Positions 1-12,774 of a stretch of 64,000 nt of DNA are shown piece after piece. A program made the position numbers and the translations under genes. Each line of letters starts with the position of its first letter. Position 1 is the first letter of the stretch. The stretch is from contig JAPDFW010000070.1 of the NCBI GenBank assembly GCA_028826165.1, forward strand, positions 1,054,001-1,118,000. The letters run 5' to 3'. The DNA comes from Anaeramoeba ignava BMAN (taxonomy: Eukaryota; Protista; Anaeramoebae). Below the pieces are notes generated by a model that made no database searches, was not told the DNA's origin, and saw only the letters and a program-made list of their open reading frames with translations.

Positions 1-575
1 TTGATTTAAATTTGATTTAATTTAATTTAATTTAATTTAATTTGATTTCAGATTTGATTTGATTTGATTTAATTTTGATTGATTTGAATTAATTTTGATT
101 TAAATTTGATTTGATTTAATTTGATTTAAATAGATTTGATTTAATTTTGATTTAAATTTGATTTGATTTAATTTGATTTAATTTCAGATTTAATTTGATT
201 TGATTTAATTTAATTTTGATTTGATTTAAATTGATTTTGATTTAAATTAATTTAATTTCATTTAATTTGATTTAATTTAATTTAAATTTGATTTGATTTA
301 ATTTGGATTTAATTTAATTTAATTTAATTTCAGATTTAAAATTGATTTAATTTAATTTAATTTAATTTCAGATTTAATTTAATTTAATTTAAATTGATTT
401 AATTTTGATTTGATTTGATTTGATTTAATTTTGATTTGATTTGATTTGATTTGATTTAATTTTGATTTAATTTGATTTGATTTAATTTCAGATTTAAATT
501 TGATTTGATTTAATTGAATTGATTTAATTAATTTTAAATTGAATCGAATTGATTTCAGATTTAAATTGATTTAAT
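1..575. repeat. AT-rich pentamer-based tandem repeat ((GATTT)/(AATTT) mosaic)
   Basis: Continuous GATTT/AATTT units with occasional CAGATTT; runs to the window edge. Confidence 0.9.
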
Positions 576-602
576 TTTTTAAAAAAAATATCAAAAGAGT
601 AA

Positions 603-3103
603 TTAAAAGTGAATGGGTTTAAAATAAGCAGCAAAAGCAGTTTCAAGAATAGCTTCACTTAAAGTAGGATGAGGATGACAAACATGAGATAATTGCTTAA
701 CAGTTAAACCATATTGCATAGCAACAGAACATTCAGTAATAGCTTCAGAAGCATTTGGACCGATAACATGAGCACCAAGAAGTTTATGATCTTGGTCAGT
801 TAAGAACTTAACAAATCCATCAGTTTGAGACATTGCTCTAGCTCTTGAGTTTGCAATATAAGGGAATTTTGACTTGCGATATTTTATACCACTTGATTTA
901 AGTTGTTCTTCAGTTTTCCCGATTTTGGCTACTTCGGGTGTTGTATAAATTACTTCGGGAATAATATCATAATTAATATGTGAATTTCCTCCATTCATTA
1001 TACTAACAGCAGCAATTCCTTCCTCTTCTGCTTTATGAGCCAACATTGGGCCACGAACAATATCGCCAATTGCATAAATTCCTGGTATGTTTGTTTCAAA
1101 TTTTTCATTGATTTCAACTTGTCTTTTGTTCATTTTTATTCCTAATTTTTCTAATCCTAATCCTTCTGTAACTGGTTTTCTTCCAACAGATACTAAAACT
1201 GAATCCGCTTCAATATCTATTACTTTTGAATCTTTTTCTTTTATTGGAAGTACTTTCAATTTTGCTGTGTTGTTCTCTACTCTCTACTTTTAATTTTATT
1301 CCTTGTTTTTTGCAATTCCGTTTCTTTTATTTGCAATTGGAAACAACTGTAACATCAGCTCCAAATCTTATTTCCTTGTTTTTAAGATGCATTAAAAGTG
1401 TTTGTCCGATTTCTTTATCTAAGGTTTTAAATTTTAATTTTAATTTTAATTTTATAAATTGATTTTAATTTTAATTTTAATTTTTAACAACTTTAACATC
1501 AGCTCCAAATTTTAATTCCAAACAGTTAAATTGATTATAATTTTAATTTTATAAATGAATTTTTAAATTTAATTTTATAAATGAATTTAAATTATAATTA
1601 TAATTTTAATTTTAATTTTAATTTTAAATTTAATTTTAATTTTAATTTTAATTTTATAAATGAATTTTAATTTTAATTTTAATTTTATAAATGAATTTTA
1701 ATTTTGATTTTAATTTTAAATTTTATTTTAATTTTAATTTTATAAATGAATTTTAATTAAATTTGGTAAAAAATACCAATTCAAGACCAATAACACCACC
1801 ACCAATAATAATCATTTTTTTAGGAATTCTATTTAAAGATAAAGCACCACGAGAAGAAAGAACAACTTTTTCATCAATTTTTAACCAAGGAAAATCAATA
1901 AAATCAGAACCAGTTGCAATTAAAATATTTTTAGCATCAATAATTTCCTTTTCATTTGTTTCATTTTTTTCAATTAAAACTTGACCAGGTTTTGTAATTG
2001 AAGCTTTTCCTTTTAAATATTCAACTTTGTTTTTTTTGAAAAGCATTTCAATTCCTTTTGATAATCCTGAAACAACTTTGTTTTTTTCTTGCATAATTTT
2101 TTGGATATTTATTCTTGGATTATCAACTAAAATTCCAAGTTTAGGAAATTCTTTTTTTGATTCTTCAAATAAATGGGATGTATGAAGTAATGTTTTTGAA
2201 GGTATACATCCTTCTTGAAGACATGTTCCTCCTAATGCTCCTCTTTTTTCTGCACAGAGAACATTCATCCCCAATTGAGCAGCTTTTTATTTATAATTTT
2301 ATTTGAGTTAATTTTTATTTATATTATATTTATTTGAATTATATTTATAAAATATTTTTTGGATTATTTAAATCATTCATCCCCAATTTGAGCAGCTTTT
2401 TATTTATAATTTTATTTGAGTTATTTTATATTTATATTATATTTATTTGGATTATATTTATAAAATATTTTTTGGATTATTTAAATTATTTTCCAAATCA
2501 TTCCAATTATTTTCAAATCTTTAATTTTGAATTAAAATTATATTTAATTCTCCAAATTATTTTCCAACTCATTTTTGTTTTTAAATTGATTATATTTATA
2601 TTAAATTTATTTGAATTATATTTATAAAATATTTTTTGGATTATTTAAATTATTTTCCAAATCATTCTAATTATTTTCAAATCTTTAATTTTGAATTAAA
2701 ATTATATTTAATTATCTAAATTATTTTCCAACTCATTTTTGTTTTGTTTTTGTTTTTAAATTGTTTTTTAAATTGTTTTTTAAATTGATTTGAAATTGAT
2801 TTTGTTTTGAAATTGGTTTTTAAATTGTTTTGAAATTTATTTGAAATTGATTTGAAATTGATTTGAAATTTGTTTTGAAATTGATTTGAAATTTGTTTTG
2901 AAATTGTTTTTGATTTTAAATTGTTTTTAAATTGTTTTTGTTTGTTTTTGTTTTGAAATTGTTTTTTTTTAAATACCTTTAATTGCAGCAACATAACCAC
3001 CTGGACCACCTCCAATAACAACTAAATCTTTGGTTTTTGTTGTTAAAGAACGTAGAAAATCAAAAGAAGGAAATTTATATGCAGATTTTGATAAAGAAAT
3101 CAT
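603..3103 (-). CDS. DLD: Dihydrolipoamide dehydrogenase (E3 / glycine-cleavage L protein), multi-exon, with short N-terminal organellar targeting-like leader; middle exon region garbled
   Basis: Exon 1 3103-2977 (MISLSKSAYKFPSFDFLRSLTTKTKDLVVIGGGPGGYVAAIK; GT at 2976). Exon 2 2282-1777 (GGTCLQEGCIPSK redox motif, IIIGGGVIGLEL). Final exon to stop at 603 (AIGDIVRGPMLAHKAEEEG, HPHPTLSEA). The 1260-1530 region is scrambled. Confidence 0.93.
1425..1770. repeat. Intronic (TTTTAA)n / TTTTATAAATGAA minisatellite in DLD intron
   Basis: Tandem AATTTT hexamers with recurring ataaatgaa. Confidence 0.8.
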
Positions 3104-3179
3104 TTTTTTTAAAAATTAAAAAAAAATGAAAAAAAAATTTTTTCAATTTTTCAATTTTTCATTTTTTTATTTTTTTAAA

Positions 3180-5708
3180 ATGAAAATTTTTCAAATTTGT
3201 TCTTCTTGTACTTTATTAAAAATAAGAGATTTAACAATTCTAATAGATTTTCCTTTAACAAATCAATTCCCAAAAAAATCTAATTTAAAAGAAAAAAAAT
3301 ATTTAAAAAACATTCCTTTAACAATTCCTTATATTTCACAAAGAGAATTAGAAGAAATTGACGTTATTTTAATTACAAATGAATTTGGAATAACTGGTTT
3401 ACCTTTTATTACTGAATATTCCTCTTTTAAAGGTGTTATTTATTGTACTGAACCTATTCTTCTTTTAGGAACAATGCTTATGGAAGAAATTTCACAAGGA
3501 GTTATTAATTCAAATTCTTTTCCAGAAATTTTAAATGAAAATTTTAATGAGAATTTTAAAGAGAATTTTAATGAAAATTTTAATGAAAATTTTAAAGAGA
3601 ATTTTAATGAGAATTTTAAAGAGAATTTTAAAGAGAATGAAAATATTAAAAGAAGAAAAAAGAATCCAAAACAAAACATTATCAAAGATCAAAATATCGA
3701 AAATAATCTAATCAATATTAACTTCGAGCAAAAAAAAAAATATCAAAATCGTGTTGTATATTCTCTTGAAGATATCGAAAAATCAACTACAAGAATAACA
3801 ACAGTCAAATTTAACCAAGAAATATCTATTTATGGAATTCTTAAAATCAAAGCCGCAAACTCTGGATATAGTTTAGGATCAACAAATTGGATTCTTAAAA
3901 CTTCCACAAAGAAAATTGTTTTGATGAGTGAAATTTTTCTTGATAAATCAGCCCAAAAACAATTTAGCACACCATTATCACAATCAAAACAATTAAAATC
4001 TTCAGATGTTATAATTCTTCTTTCAAATAATCTTGTTCCAATAGATTATCCTCAAACAGAAAATCAAGATGCTATTATGATCCAAAATTTACAAAATAAC
4101 GAAAATACTCAAGAAGATGACAAAAAAAAAGAAAATGAAAAGAAATCAAAATCCAAAAAACCGAAAACAAAAACTAAATCAAAATCCAAAAAGAAATCAA
4201 AAGGAAAATCCAAAAAAAAATCAAAAGGAAAATCGAAAAAGAAATCAAAAGGAAAATCAAAAAAAAAATCAAAAGGAAAATCGAAAAAGAAAGATCAACC
4301 CAATTTGCAAACACCAACAACACTAGCCAAGGAGACATTTCCCAAAACAACACTATCAAACAACATTTCAAAACTGTTAGATTATTCACAAAAAACACTG
4401 AAAAGAGGAGGAAATGTGATTATTCCATTTTGTTCATATGGAATATTTTACGATATAATTAACATTCTCACTGATTTCATTTCAGACAACCCGAATATCG
4501 GGAATGTCACAACTTATATAGTTTCCCCAACTTCGAAAAAATTTCTTGCATATTCCAACACAATAGCGGAGTATTTAAATGAAAATTATTCGCAACAAGT
4601 ATTTATTCCTGAGCCTTCTTTCAAATTTGAAAAATTAATCCCTCGCGGAAAATTGGTGCCAATCACAACTCTTGGAGGGAGTTATAGAAAGGAGGCGATT
4701 GTTGGGACAGGAAACATGCAAGATGTTATGCGAATCAATCCTGCCAAAAATTCCCGCGTGTTTACTTCTTCATATCAGCAACAACAGCAGCAAACACAAG
4801 ACACACAGTTTATTTCAGGAAAAATCGAAATCTCAAATATAAATGCAAAAATACCAATTCTTTATACACACAAAACACAAGCACTTAAGGAGCCGTGCGT
4901 TGTTTTTGTGTCTCATCCTTCGTTGCTTTTTGGAGATGTTGTGAGCTTGATTGAAAAATGGAAAGCAAACTCTAAAAATTGTCTAATTTCAATTGATCCA
5001 AATCGCAATTTTGAGAAATCTCTTCTTCCTTTTCTTCCAATGAATATGGAGTCTTTTAATGTTCCAATCAACAAAAATGCAAATTTGACAGATTTTTTCA
5101 ACTTTATTACCAAAATTAATCCATCAACTTTAGTAATTCCAAAACAAATATTCAAAAACAATAACGAATGGATTCAGAAATTTTTAAGTCAAAACCAATT
5201 AAAATTGGAAATGGTTGTTTTCAAGCATCAAAAAACAAAGAAAATATCAATAAAAGAAGAATATGAAATTGGATACATTGAATCACGAATCGAGAATATT
5301 GGATTGAACCAGGCTCATGAAGCAAAATTTGGAGCATTTCCAACAGCAATGATGGTGAATGTGAAAAATTACAAAAATTCATTTGAAAAAGTCTTGCTTG
5401 ATCCAATGTCAAGTGATTCAAGAGTGAAAACACAGAGAAGTTTATTTGGAATCCCATCTCTTCAATCAATTATTGAGCATCTCTCATTATCAATGAATAT
5501 TCAAGGTGTTTCAATTCATTCAGAAAACCAAATTCATACAATTTCATTTTCTCAAAACGATCCAATTTTCTCAAATTCAAGTCTTATTTTCAATGAAAAA
5601 AATAATCAAACTCAAATAATTTGTTCAAATGAAGTTGCTCGTCAAATTTTAAAAAAAGCAATTCTTAAAAATGTTTCTTCATTTGGAAATCATCAAGAAT
5701 TTTATTAA
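3180..5708 (+). CDS. INTS9: Integrator complex subunit 9 (inactive MBL/beta-CASP fold)
   Basis: Motifs IDVILITN..GLPFITEY..FKGVIYCTEP, SGYSLGSTNWI, GGNVIIP, AYSNTIAEYL and PCVVFVSHPSLLFGDVV match my recollection of INTS9. The likely start is the ATG at 3180, since the upstream ORF extension is T/A-tract promoter sequence. Confidence 0.88.
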   Translation: MKIFQICSSCTLLKIRDLTILIDFPLTNQFPKKSNLKEKKYLKNIPLTIPYISQRELEEIDVILITNEFGITGLPFITEYSSFKGVIYCTEPILLLGTMLMEEISQGVINSNSFPEILNENFNENFKENFNENFNENFKENFNENFKENFKENENIKRRKKNPKQNIIKDQNIENNLININFEQKKKYQNRVVYSLEDIEKSTTRITTVKFNQEISIYGILKIKAANSGYSLGSTNWILKTSTKKIVLMSEIFLDKSAQKQFSTPLSQSKQLKSSDVIILLSNNLVPIDYPQTENQDAIMIQNLQNNENTQEDDKKKENEKKSKSKKPKTKTKSKSKKKSKGKSKKKSKGKSKKKSKGKSKKKSKGKSKKKDQPNLQTPTTLAKETFPKTTLSNNISKLLDYSQKTLKRGGNVIIPFCSYGIFYDIINILTDFISDNPNIGNVTTYIVSPTSKKFLAYSNTIAEYLNENYSQQVFIPEPSFKFEKLIPRGKLVPITTLGGSYRKEAIVGTGNMQDVMRINPAKNSRVFTSSYQQQQQQTQDTQFISGKIEISNINAKIPILYTHKTQALKEPCVVFVSHPSLLFGDVVSLIEKWKANSKNCLISIDPNRNFEKSLLPFLPMNMESFNVPINKNANLTDFFNFITKINPSTLVIPKQIFKNNNEWIQKFLSQNQLKLEMVVFKHQKTKKISIKEEYEIGYIESRIENIGLNQAHEAKFGAFPTAMMVNVKNYKNSFEKVLLDPMSSDSRVKTQRSLFGIPSLQSIIEHLSLSMNIQGVSIHSENQIHTISFSQNDPIFSNSSLIFNEKNNQTQIICSNEVARQILKKAILKNVSSFGNHQEFY

Positions 5709-5733
5709 TAAAAAGAACAAAAAGAAAATTTTT

Positions 5734-8700
5734 TTATTTTTTTTCATTTTCATTTTCATTTTCATTTTCATTTTCTTCTATCATTTGTCTACTTGGAGCT
5801 TTAAACAAAAGAACATTTGAATAAATTTTTCCAAAAATAGTGGACATTTGAATTTTTTCAGCTAAAGAAATATTTTCAAACCAAGATTGAAAAAGAGGAA
5901 TAAAATCATTATTCCATTTTTGAGAGAAATCATCCCAAAATTGGGAATCATTTAAATGGACTTTTTTCTGGTTATCTGAATAGAAATTAGACATTCTCTC
6001 GAAAAATTCTCTTTGGAGTTTGTTTCTGTGATTAGAACTTTCAATGAACCAATTGAAAATAACAAAGAAAGAAGGTTTTGAAGCGAGGAAATCAAGAACA
6101 CCTTTACCGTTCCACAATTCCAAAGATTGCTTGATTTCATCAACATCTTTTCCTTTTTTGACTCTTACTCTGTGTCTAATTTCGAAGATGATCATAATAA
6201 TCAAAACAGCGAAAGAGATCCAAACAATTGCAATGATAAAAGTTGCCAAAACGGATTTGGAGCTTGAGTTTTCGAGATCTTTTGATGCGAAAATCATTCC
6301 AGAAAAAAGAATAACTTCTGAGAAAATGATCAAAACAAATTCCAAAGTGTTGTGTCTTTCAGCAACATAAGGTTTGATTCTAACTTGCAAGATGAGCGCA
6401 GCAAGAAGAACGAGAACACAAAAAACGCTTTGGGAAAATCACATCGGAAGAAAGAAAGAGTTGGAATATTGTGAGAAGAAGTTTACGACTCATGATGAAA
6501 AACTCCCAAAAAAACCATCTTCTTGTGTATCTTGCGCAGAGTAATCCAAATCGAAGATCGAAAAATTTTTCTTCAAGTTTTCTTGACTGAAGAATCAAGA
6601 CTGTGAAAAGAACAACAGGAATACCCACAACATACAGAATAAAAAAGATAATTGCCCACGGAAGAACCGAATACCACCAGCTTCTGTAGCACAAATGCGA
6701 CGGATCTGCATCGAGTGTGTATATTCCTTCTGATTGTTTTGAACACGCAAATATCTGCATGATTTTGTAAGAGAGGAACAAGTAAAGAAATGACAGGATC
6801 ACTGTGTATGAGTTGATGAGATTGTTGTAAAGCATCTTCCGCTGTTCTTTGCTGTATCCATGTGTGAATAACTGGCTGATTTTGAACTTGACCCACGAAA
6901 AAGGAAAAAGAAACTTGTTTGTTGTTTGTTTTGTTGGTTTGGAGCAAAATCTTGGGAATTTGCGAAGAAATCCTGCTCCGCATTTCTCAATCAGCTTTGA
7001 ATGAAGGAAAACAAGCAAATACATCAAAAGAAGTACAGAAATTAGAATGAATGGGAACGCCATGCAAAACCCCCATTTCTGAATAAATGTGAAACGGAAA
7101 TTGCAATCTATTGCGAGAAAATCAATGTTGAAATTGAAGATTGATAAGGAACGCCAAGTGGAGGCTACTGACGATGGCCATTTCAAGTCGAGAGAAGATA
7201 TCACAGCCACAATCTGGAAGAAAGAGAACATGATACTGAAGGATGCGAAGTAATTCTTGACCTTTTTGGCAATGATGAAGAGAAACAAGCACAAAATCAC
7301 AACGAGAATAATCGCAATAGCAAGCCTGTTTTTGGCGTTATTAGGACAATTTGCACAAGTGGATCCAAAACGATAATATCCAGGGATACAATCTGCACAA
7401 ACATGTCCTGTATATCCAAGCTCCTCGTTGCACGAATCAACTCCTCCTCCAGGACACGCTTGCTCAGGAACGCATTTGAAATAGGTTGTTGGATCATCTG
7501 CAGAGTGCCAATATCCGTATTTTGCTTCGGGAACTTCGATTCCAATATCCTCACAAATTGCGCCTTCGGGACATTCGGCACATGATCTTCCGCCCTTGCC
7601 AAAAAATCCAATAGAACAGAAACACTCATAAATGTTCGAAGATCCTGTATTGTCTGTTTGCGAATTTTTCGGGCATTGTTTGCATTGTTTTTGTCCAGTC
7701 TCATCTTGATAGTAATTTTTTTTACAAGAACTACAAGTTAGTGATCCAAAATTTGGTGTAGCTGTGCCCATAGGACAAAATAGACAATAGCTTGCTTTAT
7801 TTTGTGCGTTGTATTTTCCCGGTTCGCATGGTTCGCATTCAGTTCCTCCTTTACTATAATTCCCTGCTGGACAAATACTGCAACTTGTTGATCCATAATC
7901 TGTATTGAATTCTCCATCCTTGCATTCCAGACAATGCACAGATCCGTTCACAGAAGTGTAAGAACCTGGGTCGCACGGAAGACATTCAGCTTGTCCTTTC
8001 ATTAGTTGATATTTTCCTGGCGGACATTGTTTGCATTCACTTTGTCCTGTATCATTTGCATATGTTCCTTTTTCACATTCTGAACATGTATAATTTCCGA
8101 TATAAGGATTGAACGTTCCTTTACTACAAGAATTGCATTCGGAGTCAAATGAAGAACTATATTTGCCCGGTGGACATCCCTCTACTTTGGCTATCACTAT
8201 TTGATCCTTTCTTGTGAAGGAAATGTATTGCTCATCTTTCGATCCCAATTCGCTAAGATCCAAACTTTGATTTTGTGTCAAGTTCAGTCCCATGTATCCG
8301 TTGTATCTTGGTAGTTCATTACTTTCCCGAAGAAGCTCCATCCACAACTTGTATTCAATTTGGATCTCTTCTGATAGGCTTAAAATTGATGTGTTGTCGC
8401 TTTTCAAAACTAGATTGACATATGATCCATCTTTGACATGCATTTTCCCGTTGATTGTGTTTTTTTCCACAAAAGAAGCATTTCCGAAAAATTCAAGATA
8501 ATTATCAGAACTAATTTCAATTTGGGAATTGTTGATTAAAACAAGATTTGTAGTTTTTTCGAAAGAAGAGCTGTTTAAAATGAAAATGGTTGAGTTTTGT
8601 ATTGTAAGATTTCCGTAGTCTGTGATCTGTGTCAAATTGGATTTAGAAGAGTCAAAAAACAAATTGCCGTTATTGATGAAATGCAAATCAAACTTAACTG

Positions 8701-11700
8701 AATTCATTGATTGAATGAGAATTTGTGCGTTGTTAATAAATAGAGAAGTATCGTTGTCTGCTGATTTCTGAATGACTATCTGATCCCCAAAATGGAAATT
8801 ATTCTGAAGTGTAATTGTTGAGTTTGTTAAGGTTAATTTTGATTGTGCATCCATTTCCAAATCTTCAATACTCAAAGTGATGTTATAGAAATTGATCGGA
8901 AAGAAGGATGTGCTCATGTATGCATTCCCAGAAACGTTAATAGTTAAATCACTAAATTTTGATACACCAAATATAGCCAAATTATGGATATCAAGTTGTT
9001 TTCTTCTTGATTCTAAACCAAATATTGAGCCATTGGTACTGGATAGATATTCAATAATTGAATCAGAAAATATGCTGATTTCTCCTTGATTGTCAGTTAT
9101 TCCTTGAGCGAAATTTGCTGGAGAATAACATATCAACTGGCCATTCTTATTGTTTTCAATATAAACTTCAATATTAATAGGAAGAGAAGCTAAATTTAAA
9201 TTGTTTTCTCTTGGTTTTTTATTGGCTTTTTCTTGCAATGAACAGGCAGTTGGATCTCCAACAGAAAATGTTCCATAATTGGAAATAATACTATCGTTAT
9301 TTGGACTTTCAAATTTTCCAGAAGATCCATATTCAATTACAAAACTTGATCCTTCATCAATTTCGAAAGTTGTGTTATAAACAAAAACATATCCTTCAAT
9401 CAAAACCTCTCCTGCTGTTGATATAGTGCATGTTTCTCCTTGGTTTTCATTAATCGTAACAGTTCCAGAATTTGATCCAAAAATCAAAGAGGATAAACTT
9501 GATCCAATGATTGAATTGCAAATCATTGATCCATTCTCGAAATTTAACTTTTGGATTTGGACTGAATTTTGCACATCCACTGTAGATTGATTCATTACAT
9601 GTAAATTTTTGAAAAAGGAATCAGAAGATCCAATTTTCAAAGTTGAATAATCAAATAACTGAATTGTTTGAGAAGCATTTACAAATGTAGATCCATCGAT
9701 TTCAAATGAGATATTCATCAATTTGAGAATTGAGTCTTCGTTTAATAAATTGAGTGGGAAGAGAATTGAACAAAAAGCATAAAGAACTCCATTATTAAGA
9801 GGAGATTGAATTATCAAAGCAGAATTGGGCGGAAAATCAAATGAAGAGCTAGAAAGCATTGAGAGTGAAGCGGAATTGAGAATGAGCTTTGATTCCTCAT
9901 TATTTTCAATATCTAATTTCCCGCCACTTAGACTGATATTACTATTCTCAAAATAATTTGTAGAAGAAAGATTAATTGAATGGAAAATGTGGTCAGTTGA
10001 TACTATTTTTGAATTTTGCAAAAAAAGTCGAAGAGAAGATGAAACACCACTCCCAAATTGAATGACTGAATCTATAATGTTAATCGGATAAGGGAATTCA
10101 GTTTGAGGTGAATAGCACTCAAATCCAGAAAATTCATCTAAAATTGTTGAATTTGAAATGTACACTAATCCAGATATATCTAAATTAACAGCTTTCATTT
10201 GGTTTTCTTCAAAGTTTGCGAAGTATAATCTTCCTTGCTGATCAACTGTAAAATTTGAAAATTCTAATTTAGATTCAATTATCAAATCTCCTATAACTCT
10301 AATGCTGCTGTTTGTTAATAATCCATCACCACTAATCATGGAAAATGAGTCAGACTCAACATTTCCAATTATTGACAAGTTGGCATCTTGTTTAAGGAAA
10401 AAATTGCCTTGATCATAAATTACTGCATTTAGGATAATAGTTGAGATTTTTTCAATAGTGAAATTTGCTTGTAAGATATAAAATGAAGATATCTCAATGG
10501 TTGCATTTCCAGATACGGTTCCATTACTATTCACAATGAAGGAATTTATTGAAAATTGTTCTGTGCCCGAATATCTGTAGAAATACAAAAGTGATGTTGA
10601 AGAACTCAAATTCACATTGCCAAATTCAACTAAAGGTAAATGAGTTCCAATTTCAAAAGTATTTCTTAAATCAATATTTCCTGATGTTGTAGAAGGATAA
10701 AGCATTTGCTGGTTTTTCACATCCAAAGCTTTCAATGGGGAATCAATGATCTTTGCTCCTGATGAATTGAAAAAAAGATAATCGATAACATTCAATGTTG
10801 ACGTTCCATTCAAAATTGTTGTTCCGTAAAACTCTACTCTTCCTATTGAAACTTCATATCCAATTTCAAGGCAGCCATTTGAAACAATCAAAGTGGTGCT
10901 TTGCAAATCAGAAGTTAGTGGCATTAAATTTTCCATAAGACTTAGTTTTTTTTCTACAGAAATAATTGTGTTATTGGCTGTTATGTTGTTCCCACTAAAA
11001 ATAAGATTTCCAGCAATAGTTTTTGTCTCGGTATCCGTTCCTGTAAATAGAAGAGTATCAGTTACATTCAGAGAATAATAAGGACTTTGAAAAGATCCTG
11101 ATCCTGAAAAGATGATTCTGTCTATTTCCAAATTATTATAAGGAACTAACTGACCAAAAATGACAATCCATCCTTTTAAATTGCTCGATGGAATTGATGG
11201 CATACTTATAATCCCATAGAATTCTACAGTTATATCTGGATCAATATATGCAGTCGCACTAGTAAGAATGTACATATTCGAATATACTTTTAAAGTGCCT
11301 GATCCAGAAAAATTTACTTGATCACTAATAGTAGTTTGATTCATATACAAATTGGATTTTGTAAGAAATAGTGTTTTTATTGATGTTGGGCTATGAAAAT
11401 ATGCATCTGAATTGTTCATTGATAGATCCAAATCCTTTCCATATAGAACTGATAAATTAGAGTTGAGAAGGTCTATTTTTTGAGAAATGGCTGCACAAAA
11501 AAATTCAAGAGATACATTTTCGCAATAAATATCAACAGCATTAATATATAAACCAAAAAATGTGTTAAATGAATTGTAATTATCTGATGTTAATTGTAAA
11601 GTGTAATAATTAGCGAAACCTGGATCGTAAAGAGTAAAATTTGAATTGAAACTTGTAATCACATTTGTTCCATTAGGTTCAAAGAAATTTGATGTAGAAA

Positions 11701-12540
11701 TGTTTACTTGAGAATTCCTTACTAAAATTGATGATTCATCTATAAAATTACCCTTAAAAAAAGTTACATTATCACTAGAATCTATTGTAATTTCTCCAAA
11801 AAAATTGAAATGGATATTCTTTTCTGTAAATCCAATAAAGGAAATATCTTTGGAGTTTTCAATCTATTTTTTTTAATAAATCAAAAAACAATCAAAAAAA
11901 AAAAAATTGTATACGTATTTTAAAAAAAAATTATCGAATAAATGAAAAAACATTGCTTATTGAATTGAATAAGGGAAAATATTCCTTTCAAATTCAATAA
12001 AGAAAAAATTTTTTTTGCTTTTTTTGTTTTCGTTTTTAAATTAACAAATAAATAAACTTACAGATAAACTTCCATAAATACTCATGAAAGTATCATCATC
12101 ATAACCATTCCATCCCAAAGTTACTTGAAAAGTTATCTTCAAAAAAACAAAAATAAATTAAATTAAAATAATCAAAAAAGAAAAAAAGAAAATTTTAAAA
12201 CGTTATTTGATCTAAAATGAGTATTAAACAGACAAATAAAAGAATTAAGAAATTATTAAAATTTACATTTGACTTATTAGATAAAACTCCAGTAAATGAA
12301 AAATTTGATAGTTCTCTTTGATCTGAAGTAAAAACATAAAGTGTATTATCTATAAGACTACTTAAATTATTTGGTACTTGACAAAAAGAAACTATTTTAA
12401 ATTTTAAATTAAAAAATTGATCAATAAAATAAATTCATTTAATTAAAATAACAATAAAAAAAACAAAAAAAATTTTTTTTACTTTTAATAGATAATAAAA
12501 GGAGAATAAATGAAACAAGAAATTGTATTTTGAAATGCAT
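5734..12540 (-). CDS. Large surface protein: signal peptide, long S/N/I-rich beta-helix-like ectodomain, ephrin-receptor-like (GCC2/GCC3) Cys-rich repeats, multipass TM C-terminus
   Basis: Exon 12540-12483 (MHFKIQFLVSFILLLLSIK), then 12391 to about 12267, then 12136-12062, then from 11863 in frame with ORF 6380..11662. CPPGKY/CxxCxxG repeats and many hydrophobic segments. An apparent 1-nt frameshift near 6433 joins it to ORF 5734..6390. Confidence 0.8.
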
Positions 12541-12774
12541 TTTAAATTAAATTTTAATTTTAATTTGTTGTTTTTTTTATTTTATTTGCTAAAATTTAAC
12601 AAACAAAAAGAAAAAGAAAAAATGATTTAAAAAAAAGATTTTTTTTTTTTTTTTTTGATCTTAAATAATAAAAAAAAATAAAAGAAAAAGAAGAAAAATA
12701 AAGAAGAAAAATTAAAAGCAAATCAACATTTTTTAAAAATCTAATTAACTTTTTAATTTCAATTTAAATATTTT

